Shown here: in pieces, positions 26,648-37,764 of the stretch
How the letters are laid out: each line of letters opens with the position of its first letter
Numbering within the stretch: position 1 is the first letter of the stretch
Source of the DNA: Candidatus Latescibacterota bacterium
GTDB lineage: Bacteria > Latescibacterota > UBA2968 > GCA-2709665
DNA length: 64,000 nt
Reading direction: 5' to 3'
Assembly (NCBI GenBank): GCA_965219995.1
Contig: CBDCOX010000002.1
Coordinates: 4,896,001 to 4,960,000, forward strand
The notes under the pieces: generated by a model
Told to the model about the DNA's origin: nothing
Seen by the model: the letters and a program-made list of their open reading frames with translations, nothing else
The model's database searches: none
Program-made: the position numbers and the translations under genes

Positions 26648-27132
26648 TCGGCTGCATCGTCCTGGCGCAACGGAGTTGCTTTTTTGACGTGGCAATCCCT
26701 TCCGGTAGTACTTATTTCCCTCCAGATCTGGCACACCCGACGTTTCACTTTCCGGGCGACTCGCGGGTCAGGGTCTCGACTGCGATTCCGATTGTCGCGT
26801 TTCCTCGCGATTTACACGAAAGTTCAGCAATAAATCATAAAAAATATGTAAGATATCATTATAATTTCATATAACAGATGTTATATTACAATAGCCGTAT
26901 TTTTGCTTTAAGCTTCCGGATCCGGATGCAAAACAACAGGACCGAAGATACGTAGCGACAGATCTGAGACAACGCAAGTTTGTACAAGTTGCTGCACTTT
27001 GAGGCGAATTCCACTTCGCTGGCGCCACGCGGCGAAATCGACTCCCGGACGTCCGGTTTTTCAGGGTCGGCTCGCGAAGTGCACGGCCGTCGCCGGAGAT
27101 ATTTGATTGAACATGAACAGGGAGGTAGTCCG

Positions 27133-30100
27133 ATGCGAAGTCTCAAACATCGTATCGATTCTCCGAGCGTTTTCAAGACGTCGTTCTTTGCGACTATCGC
27201 AATGATCCTTTGCCTGATCCTGGCCGGGTCCGCCTATCCGCAGGAAACAGGCCATGTACCGTTCTGCGAGCATATTGATTTCTCGAAGGTTCAGCCCGAG
27301 GGCTTCGACGCCGCGGGGAAGCGGGCATTCAGCCTGAACAAGGGCGAACCCCGGACGGTGCGTGTGATCCATTTCGTACCCAGCGACCGCCCGTTTCGCG
27401 CCGTCGTGGAGGACTCTATAAAGCGAGCGGTCCGGCGCGTCCAGGCTTTCTTCAAGGACCAGATGCGGGCACACGGCTATGGTACCGGTTCCCTCAGCAT
27501 AGAGACCGACGACGACGGCGACCCGCAGATCCATCGCTTTACCGGCCGGCATCCCGATGATCACTACTCAAGAGACGCGCACTCGATTGTGTACCGTGAG
27601 ATCCGCGAGGAATTCGATACGCATAAGAACGTTTATCTCACGTTTATCGACAACAGTCGCGGTGTGATTGCAAGCGGGGGCAGAAGGGGGAAGGTTGGCG
27701 GGGAGGCTTCGGTGGGTGGTGATTTCAAATGGAACACGGTGGCTCACGAGCTGGGGCACACGTTCGGGCTGCACCACGATTTTCGGGACGACAGGTACGT
27801 GATGTCGTATGGCGAAGCGCAGGACAGTTTGGCGGTTGTTGCTGCGCGGTTCCTTTCAGTGCATCCGTACTTCAATTCACAGATATCGATCGATCAGGGG
27901 GCGAGTCCGATCGTCGAACTTCTTTCATCGCCTAAATATCCACCGAACGTAGAGAATATAAACGTCCAATTCAACGTGACGGATCCAGACGGGCTCCACC
28001 AGTTGATCCTGTTTACCACGACGCCACCCCTGAATTTCGGCAGCGGATTCCCTGAAGTGAAAGCATGGCGCGGTTTGGGGAAGAAACAGAATTCTGAGGT
28101 CGAGCTTGAGTACAGACGAGACGTTGTTTCAACCACTGCGACTCCCGCCAACCCGGCCCCGGAGGAGATTCATGTCAACGCCGTTGACGTGGATGGAAAT
28201 GTCCGACGGATATCGTACAATCTCGTGAGTATTTCGCCGTACAGTTACGCCACGCTTGAGGGGCATACGGCCGGTGTCCTTTCAGTGGCGTTTTCACCCG
28301 ACGCGAAGGTTCTGGCTTCTGCATCAGATGACCATACGGTGAGACTGTGGGATGTGGCCACAGTCACGACTGCCTCCACGCTTGTTCATACGAGGGACAT
28401 CACTTCGGTGTCGTTCTCGCCGAGTGCGGCGACCCTCGCTTCCGGGTCATCCGATGGGAATGTCCACTTATGGGCGGTCGCGACCGGCGTACACGCCACC
28501 ACACTTGAAGGGCACACGGATCAAGTTTCTGCGGTGGCATTTTCGCCCGACGGATCCATCCTCGCTTCAGGATCCTTCGACAACACCATCAAACTATGGA
28601 AATTTGGCACGGGAAATTCAACGTCCACACTCGTGGGCCATACGGGTGGGGTCTTGTCGGTGTCGTTCGCACCTGGCGGGAACGTTATCGCTTCCAGGTC
28701 ATGGGACAATACGGTGAGGCTATGGGACGTTGCTACCGGCGCGAATCTTGCCGCCCTTCCGCACTCACACCGCGTCTCTTCAATGTCGTTTTCGACCGAT
28801 GGATCCACTCTCGCTACCGGGTCATTGGATAACAACATTCGGTTGTGGGACGTTGCGTCAGGAGAACGCGTCGACACCCTCGAGGGACACGTACGGGAAG
28901 TTTCTTCGGTGTCGTATTCACCCGACGGGACGATCATTGCTTCCGGGTCAGGGGACAAAACGGTCCGGCTATGGCGAGTGGAAACTGGACAGGTTGTCGC
29001 CACACTCGTTGGCCATACTCGAGGAGTTCGGAAGTTGATGTTTTCGCCTGATGGGACCCTCCTGGCGTCCACGTCGTGGGACAATTCGGTGAGGGTATGG
29101 GACGTAGCGATCGGCGAAAGCCTTGCCACCCTTCTTCATTCACGTTCCGTCAATTCGGTCTCTTTTTCTTCGAATGGGAGGTTCCTCGCTTCAGGGTCGG
29201 ATGACAAGACGGTCGAGTTGTGGGATATGTCCGCGTGGGTGCGGCCCCGTGCACGAACCGTGACGAAGATTTCCGGTGACAACCAGGAGGGTGTTGCCGG
29301 AGGCGCATTGACCGATCCACTGATCGTGGAAGTGCGAGATCAATACGGCGAACCGCTGTCCGGCGCGCAAGTCACCTTCTCGATTATTGCAGGGCAAGGA
29401 AGCTTCGACAGTGGTTTCACAACCGAGAACGTCACAACCGGTCCCGACGGACGGGCGCAGGTCGAACTCACGCTCGGTCCCAATCCCGGACCGAATACCA
29501 TCAGGGCATCCATCGCCGAACTCGAAGTGAAGACGTTTAACGCAGTGGGCCTCGGGTCACCTGTCGTAACGGATAAAGCCCTCGATTATTCCACGTGGTA
29601 TCTGCCAAAAGGAGCCACTGCGCGTCTGGGTAAGGGCACTATTGGCGAAAGCCACGCAGCAGCCGCTTTTTCTCCCGGAGGTAAGGTTCTCGCCGTAGCG
29701 AGCGCCATTGGCGTCTGGCTCTACACGCTCGAAGAACCCGAGAGAGTTACTCTGCTGCCCTCAGGCATCGTCCATTCGGTGTACTTTACTCCGGACGGAA
29801 GAAAGCTTGTCTCAGCGGGCGAGTGGTGGGAAGGGGCGGCGGTCAGGCTGTGGGACGTGGAAACACAAACCTATACGCCCGTTGTTGAGAGAAAGGAAAT
29901 CTTCCGCTATGTATCACTATCACCAGACGGTAGAGCCCTCGCCTACAGTGTCTATGAGGGACACTATACCTGGACCTTGAATCTATGGGATGTGACCTCG
30001 GGCACTCTTGTGTCGACCCTGGCCACGTATGACGGCACCATCCGACCCCGGAGTCTGACGTTTTCCCCTGACGGTGCCACCATCGCTTCGGGGCACCAGG

Positions 30101-31872
30101 ACGGAAGGATAAAGCTGTGGGACGTGAATACACGCACTGTTACCGGCACCCTGGAGGGACATCATCGTTACGTGGATGCCGTGGACTTTTCCCCGGACGG
30201 GAAAACCCTCGCCTCAGTTTCCGTTGATCGGACAGTAAGGCTTTGGGACGTCGCGTCGGGCACACAATCCGCCGTCCTCCCGGATCACTATTGCGGCGTC
30301 TCCAGCGTCGCGTTTTCTCCGGATGGCACCAAACTCGTATCCGGGGGATGGAACGGCAAAGCGATACTTTGGGATGCGACGACGGGGCGAAATCTCGCCG
30401 AATTCAATCGCCATACGGATCTGGTTCGCGCCGTTTCGTTCTCTCCGGATGGGACGACGCTCGCCTCCGCGTCTGAGGACGGTGACGTGAATGTATGGGA
30501 CGTGGCCACTGGAAATGCCACCACAATTTCAGGCCATCCGAGCCACGTTTGGAGAATTGTATATTCCCCGGACGGCGCGAGGCTGGCTTCCCATTCCCTG
30601 GGTAACGTGGTGTATATTTGGGATGCCGCAACCGGAAGACTGTGGGCAACACTCCGTGGACACGCCGAGAGCGTAAGGTCGATATCCGTTTCATCCGACG
30701 GGAGGACCCTTGCTTCCGCATCGCACGACAGAACGGTAAGAATGTGGGACCTGAACACGCGCAGCACCGTCGCCACGTTGCCACATACGTTTGAACTCGA
30801 ATCGGTAACCTTTTCACCCGACGGGACTACACTCGCTTCGGGTGATTATAAGGGAATGGTCCACCTCTGGGACGTGGTCACGGATGAGAAGATCAACACG
30901 CTGACCGGCCTCAATGGATATGTTCGGACGCTGCTCTTTTCGCCCGATGGCGCCACCCTGGCCGCCGGGACAGACGACGGCAAGGTCAGGCTGTGGAACG
31001 TTGAGACGGGCGCCACCATCCGCGACCTCAAAGGACACAAAGGGTCGGTCCAAGCCATGGCCTTTTCACGGGACGGGGCAACACTGGCTACCGGCACATT
31101 CCAGGGCGCCGTGAAGCTGTGGGACCTCACGACGGGCGAGTTGAGTGCCACCCTGTTGGACGAGGCGTTCGAAAGTGTAGCATTTTCACCTGACGGTACC
31201 ATGTTCGCGACGGGCTGGCAGGATAGACATGTCAGGCTCTACGACCTGTCCACGGGCGACCTTGTCTCTACCTTCGAAGGGCACAATCATGTCGTCAAGA
31301 GCGTGATGTTTTCGCCCGACGGTAAGACGCTTGCATCCGGATCCAGCGATGGCACGATCCTGCTGTGGGATCTCCAACGCCTCCATTCTGTGCCTCATAC
31401 ATTAAAGGAGGTCTCCGGCGTAGAGCAGAAGGCTCCAGCAGGGACGGTGTTAGCTCAGCCGCTTGTGGTCTCGGTGCGGGATGAGAATGGGGAGCCGTAC
31501 GCCGGCGCTACCGTTACCTTTGTCGTTTCCGCGGGCGACGGCACCCTGTCTGCTACCACCGTCACAACTGATGCGAACGGACGCGCCGCCACGACTTTGA
31601 CTCTGGGAACCCAGCCAGGGTCCAACAGCGTTGTCGCAACGGTCGCTGATCTCGAGCCTGTGATCTTTATCGCCATCGGACAGCGCAACACCGACTTCGA
31701 CGGGGATGGCGCCGTTGGCTTTGCCGACTTCATTCAGTTCGCTTCGAAATTCGGGCTAAGCCGGGGCGATGCAGGATACGATGTGCGATACGATCTGGAT
31801 GGCAACGGCGCCGTGGGATTCTCGGACTTTGTGATTTTTGCAGGGGACTTCGGAAGGACCGCAGGGAAATAA
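27133..31872 (+). CDS. Secreted zinc-metallopeptidase (metzincin) / WD40 / Big-1 / EF-hand-dockerin protein, copy 1
   Basis: GGAGG RBS and ATG 27133; signal peptide; HELGHTFGLHHD..YVMSY; many GH..SPDG..WD repeats; two SGDNQ-type Big-1 domains; DFDGDGAVGFADF tail. Confidence 0.9.
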   Translation: MRSLKHRIDSPSVFKTSFFATIAMILCLILAGSAYPQETGHVPFCEHIDFSKVQPEGFDAAGKRAFSLNKGEPRTVRVIHFVPSDRPFRAVVEDSIKRAVRRVQAFFKDQMRAHGYGTGSLSIETDDDGDPQIHRFTGRHPDDHYSRDAHSIVYREIREEFDTHKNVYLTFIDNSRGVIASGGRRGKVGGEASVGGDFKWNTVAHELGHTFGLHHDFRDDRYVMSYGEAQDSLAVVAARFLSVHPYFNSQISIDQGASPIVELLSSPKYPPNVENINVQFNVTDPDGLHQLILFTTTPPLNFGSGFPEVKAWRGLGKKQNSEVELEYRRDVVSTTATPANPAPEEIHVNAVDVDGNVRRISYNLVSISPYSYATLEGHTAGVLSVAFSPDAKVLASASDDHTVRLWDVATVTTASTLVHTRDITSVSFSPSAATLASGSSDGNVHLWAVATGVHATTLEGHTDQVSAVAFSPDGSILASGSFDNTIKLWKFGTGNSTSTLVGHTGGVLSVSFAPGGNVIASRSWDNTVRLWDVATGANLAALPHSHRVSSMSFSTDGSTLATGSLDNNIRLWDVASGERVDTLEGHVREVSSVSYSPDGTIIASGSGDKTVRLWRVETGQVVATLVGHTRGVRKLMFSPDGTLLASTSWDNSVRVWDVAIGESLATLLHSRSVNSVSFSSNGRFLASGSDDKTVELWDMSAWVRPRARTVTKISGDNQEGVAGGALTDPLIVEVRDQYGEPLSGAQVTFSIIAGQGSFDSGFTTENVTTGPDGRAQVELTLGPNPGPNTIRASIAELEVKTFNAVGLGSPVVTDKALDYSTWYLPKGATARLGKGTIGESHAAAAFSPGGKVLAVASAIGVWLYTLEEPERVTLLPSGIVHSVYFTPDGRKLVSAGEWWEGAAVRLWDVETQTYTPVVERKEIFRYVSLSPDGRALAYSVYEGHYTWTLNLWDVTSGTLVSTLATYDGTIRPRSLTFSPDGATIASGHQDGRIKLWDVNTRTVTGTLEGHHRYVDAVDFSPDGKTLASVSVDRTVRLWDVASGTQSAVLPDHYCGVSSVAFSPDGTKLVSGGWNGKAILWDATTGRNLAEFNRHTDLVRAVSFSPDGTTLASASEDGDVNVWDVATGNATTISGHPSHVWRIVYSPDGARLASHSLGNVVYIWDAATGRLWATLRGHAESVRSISVSSDGRTLASASHDRTVRMWDLNTRSTVATLPHTFELESVTFSPDGTTLASGDYKGMVHLWDVVTDEKINTLTGLNGYVRTLLFSPDGATLAAGTDDGKVRLWNVETGATIRDLKGHKGSVQAMAFSRDGATLATGTFQGAVKLWDLTTGELSATLLDEAFESVAFSPDGTMFATGWQDRHVRLYDLSTGDLVSTFEGHNHVVKSVMFSPDGKTLASGSSDGTILLWDLQRLHSVPHTLKEVSGVEQKAPAGTVLAQPLVVSVRDENGEPYAGATVTFVVSAGDGTLSATTVTTDANGRAATTLTLGTQPGSNSVVATVADLEPVIFIAIGQRNTDFDGDGAVGFADFIQFASKFGLSRGDAGYDVRYDLDGNGAVGFSDFVIFAGDFGRTAGK

Positions 31873-32036
31873 GCTGTGTATAGGTTGGATATCGCGATAT
31901 AGGCGGAGGCGGGTTACTGATAGCCACATGAATTGACGATCTCAATCTACGGATCTCCGAATTGTCAGGTTCGGTTCGCGAAGCGCACGGCCGTCGACAG
32001 TGACCTGAGGTTGAAGAAGAATCGGGAGGTAGTCTG

Positions 32037-35000
32037 ATGCGAAATCTAAAACATCGTGACGTTGCTCCGAATGACTTCAAGGCGACTTCATTTTGGACTG
32101 TCGCGTTGGTCCTTTGCCCGATACTGGTCGGCTCTGCCTTTCCACAGGAAACAGGCTACGTACCGTTCTGCAAGCCGATTGATTTCTCGCAGGTACAGCC
32201 GGAGGATTCGAATGCCGCGGGCAAGCGGGCATTGAGCCTGAACACGGGCGAGCCGCGTACGGTGCGGGTGATATACTTCGTACCCAATGACCGCTCGTTT
32301 TCCTCCTCCGTGGAGGACTCGATTAAGAGGGCGGTACGTCAGGTCCGGAGCTTTTTTACGGACCAGATGAAGGCGCACGGCTTTAGTCTCGATGCCATCA
32401 ATATTGAAACCGGCGGCGACGGCGATCCGCTGATCCACCGCGTCACGGGACAGCACGGCGAGGACTACTACGTCGACAATACGCACTTCAGGGTGTTCAG
32501 TGAGATCGGGCAGAATTACGACACTTCGGCGAACATCTGTATTGCTTTCATCGGCAATAGCCGACGCATTACTCCGCGCGGAGGCAGAAACGGAAAAACC
32601 GGCGGAGAGGCTTCCTTAGGTGTAGATTTCGACTGGCAAACCGTAGCGCATGAACTGGGACACGGGTTCGGCTTACACCACGATTTTCGTACCGATGCGT
32701 ACGTGATGTCGTATGCAAACGAACCGGACAGTTTATCACTTTGCGCCGCACAATTCCTATCCGTGCATCCATACTTCAATCCCGATATAACAACCGAATG
32801 GACCCGTAGCCCCGCCGTCGAACTCACTTCATCGCCCAGATTTCAACCAGACACGGAAGACATCACTGTTAGTTTTAAGCTGGCGGATTCGGACGGGCTT
32901 CACCAGTTGATCCTGTTTGCCACGACGCCACTCATTAACTGGGGTGCGGGAGGATACCCCGAAGTAAAGGCGTGGCGCGAAATGGCGAATGAGGGAAGTG
33001 CTGTCGTCGACCTGGAATATAAACGCGATGCAGTGGGAATGATACGAAACCCTGATCTGGAGAAGATTCACGTCAACGCGGTGGATACGGATGGGAATGT
33101 CAGGCAGACATCGTTCAATCTCGTAAGTATTTCGCCGCATCATTACGCCACGCTTGAGGGACACGCAGATGGAGTTGTTTCGGTAGAGTATTCGCCTTCC
33201 GGAGAGCTTCTGGCTTCCGCTTCCTACGACAATACGATCAGGCTATGGGACGCGGCGACCCGCGATCTCATCGCCACGCTTCATCACGACGCGAGGGTGC
33301 ATTCCGCTTCTTTCTCACCAGACGGAAGGCTCCTGGCTTCAGCTTCAGAAGACCGCACGGTTAAGCTCTGGGACATGGCCAACCGCGAACTTGTGGCCAC
33401 CCTCGAGGGACACAAGGATGGAGTCGACCTGGTGAGGTTCTCACCAGACGGAAAGTACCTTGCTTCTTCTTCCTGGGACCGCGCCGTCAAGCTCTGGGAT
33501 GTCACGAACCGCGAACTTGCCGCCACGATTGATCATGTGAATTCCACCCACTCGCTGTCTTTCTCTCCCGATGGAAAGATACTGGCGACCGCTTCAATTG
33601 ACCGTGCCGTCGAGCTCTGGGATGTCGGGAGCCGTGAGCTAATTGCAGCCCTCGAGGGACATCGGGACGAAGTCTCGTCGTTGACGTTCTCTCCCGACGG
33701 AAACATCCTGGCTACAGGTTCAAAGGACCGAACCGTCAAGCTCTGGGACGTTGCGAACCGCGGATTTACCGCCACATTGGAAGGACATAAGGGTGAAGTT
33801 TCGCTGGTAACGTTCTCGCCCAACGGAAAGATCCTGGCTACCGGTTCACAGGACAATACCGTAACGCTGTGGGACGTCGCGACGGGCAAGACTGTCGCAA
33901 TTCTCGGTGGTTGTGCGTTTTCGCCAGCTTTGTTTACGTTTTCGTCGGATGGTACGATGTTTGCCGTAGGTATGGACGTGGGTAACGCGTTCGCAATTTG
34001 GGACGCTGCGACCGGCGCGAGTCTTGCGACCTTTCACCAGACGGGCTACGTCAATTCTGTATGCTTTTCAACCGACGGAAGATTTATCGCATCCGGGTCT
34101 GGTGACAAAAAAGTCGAGCTGTGGGATGTATCCTCATGGGCGCTCCCACGCGCGCGAACGGTGACAAAGGTTTCAGGAGACAATCAGCAGGGCCCGACCG
34201 GAGGGCTGTTAGCGAGCCCATTGATCGTCGAAGTGCGAGATCAATACGGCGAACCCCTGTCGGGCGCAAAAGTGACGTTTGCGATCATTGCGGGCGACGG
34301 TACCCTCAGCAACGGATTTACGACCGAGAGTGCCATAACCGATCCCGACGGAAGGGCTCAGATCGTTGTTACACTGGGTTCGATTCCGGGTACAAATACC
34401 GTCGAGGCATCCATCGCTGAACTCGAGGTAGAGACTTTCAACGCCGTGGCCCTTGGAACCCCTGTTGTTCATGGTAACGCCATCGATTATCGTACATGGC
34501 ACCTGCCACGAGGCGCAACCGTCCGTCTTGGGAAGGGTTCTCTTGGCCAAAGCGACAGGGCGATCGCCTATTCTTCGGACAGTGAAATCCTCGCGGTGGC
34601 AAGTGCCGCTGGCGTATGGCTATACACTGAGAATCAGCGAGAGCCATCCATGCTGTTAGCCGCCGGGAAAACCCATTCAGTGTCTTTTTCTCCTGACGGT
34701 GCAACAATTGCAGCAGGAGGTGGCCGCCAGGATTACGGAGAGGTCAGTTTGTGGGACATGGCAACGGGAACACAGAGTGGCAGTATCCGTACGAATTGGT
34801 GGGTAAAATACCTGTCGTTCTCTCCGGATGGAAAAACTCTCGCCTTCGGCTCGAGCGGTCCATCAATTGAAGTCTGGGATTTGGCGGCCGGAATCCGCGC
34901 CGCCACCCTCGAGGCAACCTCGTCTATTGGGACCTCGTTGGCCTTTTCTCCCGTTGGAAAAACCATCGCTTCCGGTTATGTAGACGGAAAGATCAAGCTG

Positions 35001-36485
35001 TGGGACGTGGCAAAGCACGCGAATACCACTACTTTGGAGGCGCATCGAAGGGAAGTCCTCTCCGTTGTATTCAGTCCGGATGGGAGAACCCTCGCGTCGG
35101 CCTCCGCCGACGGAACGGTCAAGCTGTGGGACATCGAGACTGGCATGGTATCCGCCACCATCCGGGGAAACAGGTGCCAGGCCGAATGTGTGGCGTTTTC
35201 GCCTGACGGTGGCAGCGTGGCATGCGGCTGGACGGATAATACCGTTACGTTATGGGACATCTCGGCGAACGAGACGATTGCTACGTTTCGTCGACATCGG
35301 GATTGGATCAGTGCGGTTTCGTTTTCACCGTCCGGACGCACCCTGGCCTCGGCAGCCATGGATGGTGACGTCTATCTCTGGGACGTGGCCACGGGAAATG
35401 CCACCGGAATTTTGGGCTATGTCGGCCATACAAATTCGGTTCGGGATATGGCGTTTTCACCAGATGGTGCAACGCTTGCATCACATTCCCTCACAATTAA
35501 AGGCAAGATTGATATATGGGACGTTGCAACGGGGCTGAAAAAGGTGACCATTGGCGGACATACCAGTTTGGTCAGATCGCTTGCCTTTTCACCCGATGGA
35601 ACGACCCTCGCTTCCGCATCATCGGACAGCACAATCAGGCTATGGGATCTGCGCACACGCAGCACTATCGCCAGACTCCTGCATCGGACCCAGCTCCAAT
35701 CCGTATCCTATTCACCCGATGGGACGATCCTCGCGACTGGCGATATCGAAGGAAACATCCACCTCTGGAACGTGAAAACACAGGAAAAAATGAACACTCT
35801 TACCGGCCTCGACGATAGAGTGACGAAGCTGCTGTTTTCGCCGGATGGCGCCACGCTGGCCGCGGGGACGGACGGCGGGCATGTCTGGCTTTGGAACGTG
35901 ACAACGGGTGCCACCATCCGCAACCTCAATGGACACAAAAAGACGGTCCAAGCCATGGCCTTTTCACGGGACGGGACCACCCTGGCTACCGGCACATTCC
36001 AGGGTGCCGCAAAGCTGTGGGACGTCGCGACGGGCGAGCTGAGTGCCACCCTGTTGGACGAGGTGTTCGAAAGCGTGTCATTTTCGCCGGACGGTACCAT
36101 GTTCGCGACGGGATGGCAGGATAGGCATGTCAGGCTAAACGACATGTCCACGGGGGACATTATCACCACCTTTGAAGGGCACAATGACCGTGTTACCAGC
36201 GTGTTATTCACGCCTGACGGCAGGACGCTTGCATCCGGATCCAGCGATGGCACGATCCTGCTGTGGGATCTTGCCCCGTATCGCGAACCCGAAACTCCCA
36301 ATCCTGATTTCAACGGTGACGGCGCGGTTGGCTTTGCCGACTTCATCCAATTCGCGGCGCAGTTTGGGCTAAGCCGGGACGATGCGGGATACGATGCACG
36401 ATACGATCTGGATGGCGATGGCGAGGTGGGGTTTGGCGATTTCCTTATATTCGCAGGTGACTTCGGAAGGACTGCGGGACAGTAG
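32037..36485 (+). CDS. Secreted zinc-metallopeptidase (metzincin) / WD40 / Big-1 / EF-hand-dockerin protein, copy 2
   Basis: Paralog of 27133-31872: HELGHGFGLHHD..YVMSY, WD40 repeats, one Big-1 domain, DFNGDGAVGFADF tail. Confidence 0.9.
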   Translation: MRNLKHRDVAPNDFKATSFWTVALVLCPILVGSAFPQETGYVPFCKPIDFSQVQPEDSNAAGKRALSLNTGEPRTVRVIYFVPNDRSFSSSVEDSIKRAVRQVRSFFTDQMKAHGFSLDAINIETGGDGDPLIHRVTGQHGEDYYVDNTHFRVFSEIGQNYDTSANICIAFIGNSRRITPRGGRNGKTGGEASLGVDFDWQTVAHELGHGFGLHHDFRTDAYVMSYANEPDSLSLCAAQFLSVHPYFNPDITTEWTRSPAVELTSSPRFQPDTEDITVSFKLADSDGLHQLILFATTPLINWGAGGYPEVKAWREMANEGSAVVDLEYKRDAVGMIRNPDLEKIHVNAVDTDGNVRQTSFNLVSISPHHYATLEGHADGVVSVEYSPSGELLASASYDNTIRLWDAATRDLIATLHHDARVHSASFSPDGRLLASASEDRTVKLWDMANRELVATLEGHKDGVDLVRFSPDGKYLASSSWDRAVKLWDVTNRELAATIDHVNSTHSLSFSPDGKILATASIDRAVELWDVGSRELIAALEGHRDEVSSLTFSPDGNILATGSKDRTVKLWDVANRGFTATLEGHKGEVSLVTFSPNGKILATGSQDNTVTLWDVATGKTVAILGGCAFSPALFTFSSDGTMFAVGMDVGNAFAIWDAATGASLATFHQTGYVNSVCFSTDGRFIASGSGDKKVELWDVSSWALPRARTVTKVSGDNQQGPTGGLLASPLIVEVRDQYGEPLSGAKVTFAIIAGDGTLSNGFTTESAITDPDGRAQIVVTLGSIPGTNTVEASIAELEVETFNAVALGTPVVHGNAIDYRTWHLPRGATVRLGKGSLGQSDRAIAYSSDSEILAVASAAGVWLYTENQREPSMLLAAGKTHSVSFSPDGATIAAGGGRQDYGEVSLWDMATGTQSGSIRTNWWVKYLSFSPDGKTLAFGSSGPSIEVWDLAAGIRAATLEATSSIGTSLAFSPVGKTIASGYVDGKIKLWDVAKHANTTTLEAHRREVLSVVFSPDGRTLASASADGTVKLWDIETGMVSATIRGNRCQAECVAFSPDGGSVACGWTDNTVTLWDISANETIATFRRHRDWISAVSFSPSGRTLASAAMDGDVYLWDVATGNATGILGYVGHTNSVRDMAFSPDGATLASHSLTIKGKIDIWDVATGLKKVTIGGHTSLVRSLAFSPDGTTLASASSDSTIRLWDLRTRSTIARLLHRTQLQSVSYSPDGTILATGDIEGNIHLWNVKTQEKMNTLTGLDDRVTKLLFSPDGATLAAGTDGGHVWLWNVTTGATIRNLNGHKKTVQAMAFSRDGTTLATGTFQGAAKLWDVATGELSATLLDEVFESVSFSPDGTMFATGWQDRHVRLNDMSTGDIITTFEGHNDRVTSVLFTPDGRTLASGSSDGTILLWDLAPYREPETPNPDFNGDGAVGFADFIQFAAQFGLSRDDAGYDARYDLDGDGEVGFGDFLIFAGDFGRTAGQ

Positions 36486-36585
36486 GCCGACTTCAGGTCG
36501 GATATCGTGATGTCGGGCGAGGAATGGTTCGAACAACTTCGGAAGGTGTCTGACGGATCTCGCTCACGGTTGGAAATGCCGTCGC

Positions 36586-37572
36586 TCACGCACACACAGG
36601 ATCGTCAACCTTCCAGCGATTGTACGTTGGATCCGCGCTGCGGGCGAGCCGGCTTCTGGCCTCGTGCCACAACCTCGCCCATTCTGCGGGATCGTGCAGT
36701 TCGCTTTCGGGATTCGAGCGGCTGCGCGCGACGAATCCCGGAAACGAGCCGCGTCCGGTGGGTTGGCCGATGGGGTTGTACCGAAGGTCGAAGCTCCAGC
36801 GGATATTGTCGCTATTGTTGGGCAGCGACGAGTGGCAGTTCAGGCGGTGGAAGAACAGCACGTCGCCGCGTTTCATGGGAAGCACCACGCCGTCTCCCTG
36901 GCGCAGCAGCCGGTCCGGGATCTGCAGGCCGAATCCACGCGACATCGTCGCGGTCGCGTGGCAGTGATGCAGCAGCCCCTCGCGGTGGCTTCGGGGGATG
37001 ACCTCCAGGCAGCCGTTCTCGACAGTCGCGTCCCACAGGCCGAACCACACGGTCAGCATATTCGTGTCATCGGCTTCCGGCCGAACCACACCCGTATCCT
37101 GGTGCCACGGCGTTGCGCCAAGCTGGACGCGTCCCGTCTCGTTGACGGGGCACAGGTGCTCCGGCGGCTTGAGGCGGACGTGCTGCACGGGATTGGAGTA
37201 GATCTCGGGCCCGATCAGGGACTCCACTGCGTCCAGCAGCTTCTCGTTCCGTAAAAGCCGGAATACCGCCGGCCCCACCCACATTGGCGTATCCGCCCGG
37301 ACGTTCTTCTGCGGCAGCGAAAAGTCGAAATACTGCGCGTGCACCTTGCCGGACTCCGCGTAAATCCGCGTCAGCCGGTCCCCGAACGGGAGGTCTTCGT
37401 ACGTCGAGGAGATCTCCCCGTTTTCGTACAGTTCGCCGGCAAGCCGGTCCAGCACGCCGGCGTATTCCTCGATCACAGGCTCGAGGTCCGCTTCCGGATC
37501 GAACAACTCCGTCACAACCAGATACCCCTGCGCCTCGAATTCCGCGACCTGCTCTTCGGTTAGATGTGGCAT
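36586..37572 (-). CDS. Phytanoyl-CoA dioxygenase (PhyH) family protein
   Basis: LTEEQVAEFEAQGYL, PWHQD (HxD), ENGCLEVIPRSH, GDVLFFHRLNCHSSLPN..RWSFDLRY. Confidence 0.92.
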   Translation of the reverse strand: MPHLTEEQVAEFEAQGYLVVTELFDPEADLEPVIEEYAGVLDRLAGELYENGEISSTYEDLPFGDRLTRIYAESGKVHAQYFDFSLPQKNVRADTPMWVGPAVFRLLRNEKLLDAVESLIGPEIYSNPVQHVRLKPPEHLCPVNETGRVQLGATPWHQDTGVVRPEADDTNMLTVWFGLWDATVENGCLEVIPRSHREGLLHHCHATATMSRGFGLQIPDRLLRQGDGVVLPMKRGDVLFFHRLNCHSSLPNNSDNIRWSFDLRYNPIGQPTGRGSFPGFVARSRSNPESELHDPAEWARLWHEARSRLARSADPTYNRWKVDDPVCA

Positions 37573-37764
37573 CGGTACAATTCCCTCTGAATGCGCCGTT
37601 CAGTTAAGCGTTTCGCGTCGCCTTCCGCCGGATCCCGATCCCCGCATCAAATATACGCTCGCTATCGTCTTTTGGGTAGATGGAAAATCCACCCATTCGT
37701 TCTATTTCGCCAGGGACAACGGAGCGCTCGCTTCGCCATCACTCGTATACCAAGGTAGGCCGTT

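Noticed and set aside
27000-27110. c-di-GMP or other known riboswitch ahead of the WD40 genes
   Set aside because: Could not match the consensus elements by eye; needs an Infernal scan.
26980-27132. Upstream TTG start of WD40 protein 1
   Set aside because: Paralog comparison, the GGAGG RBS and the signal peptide position support ATG 27133.
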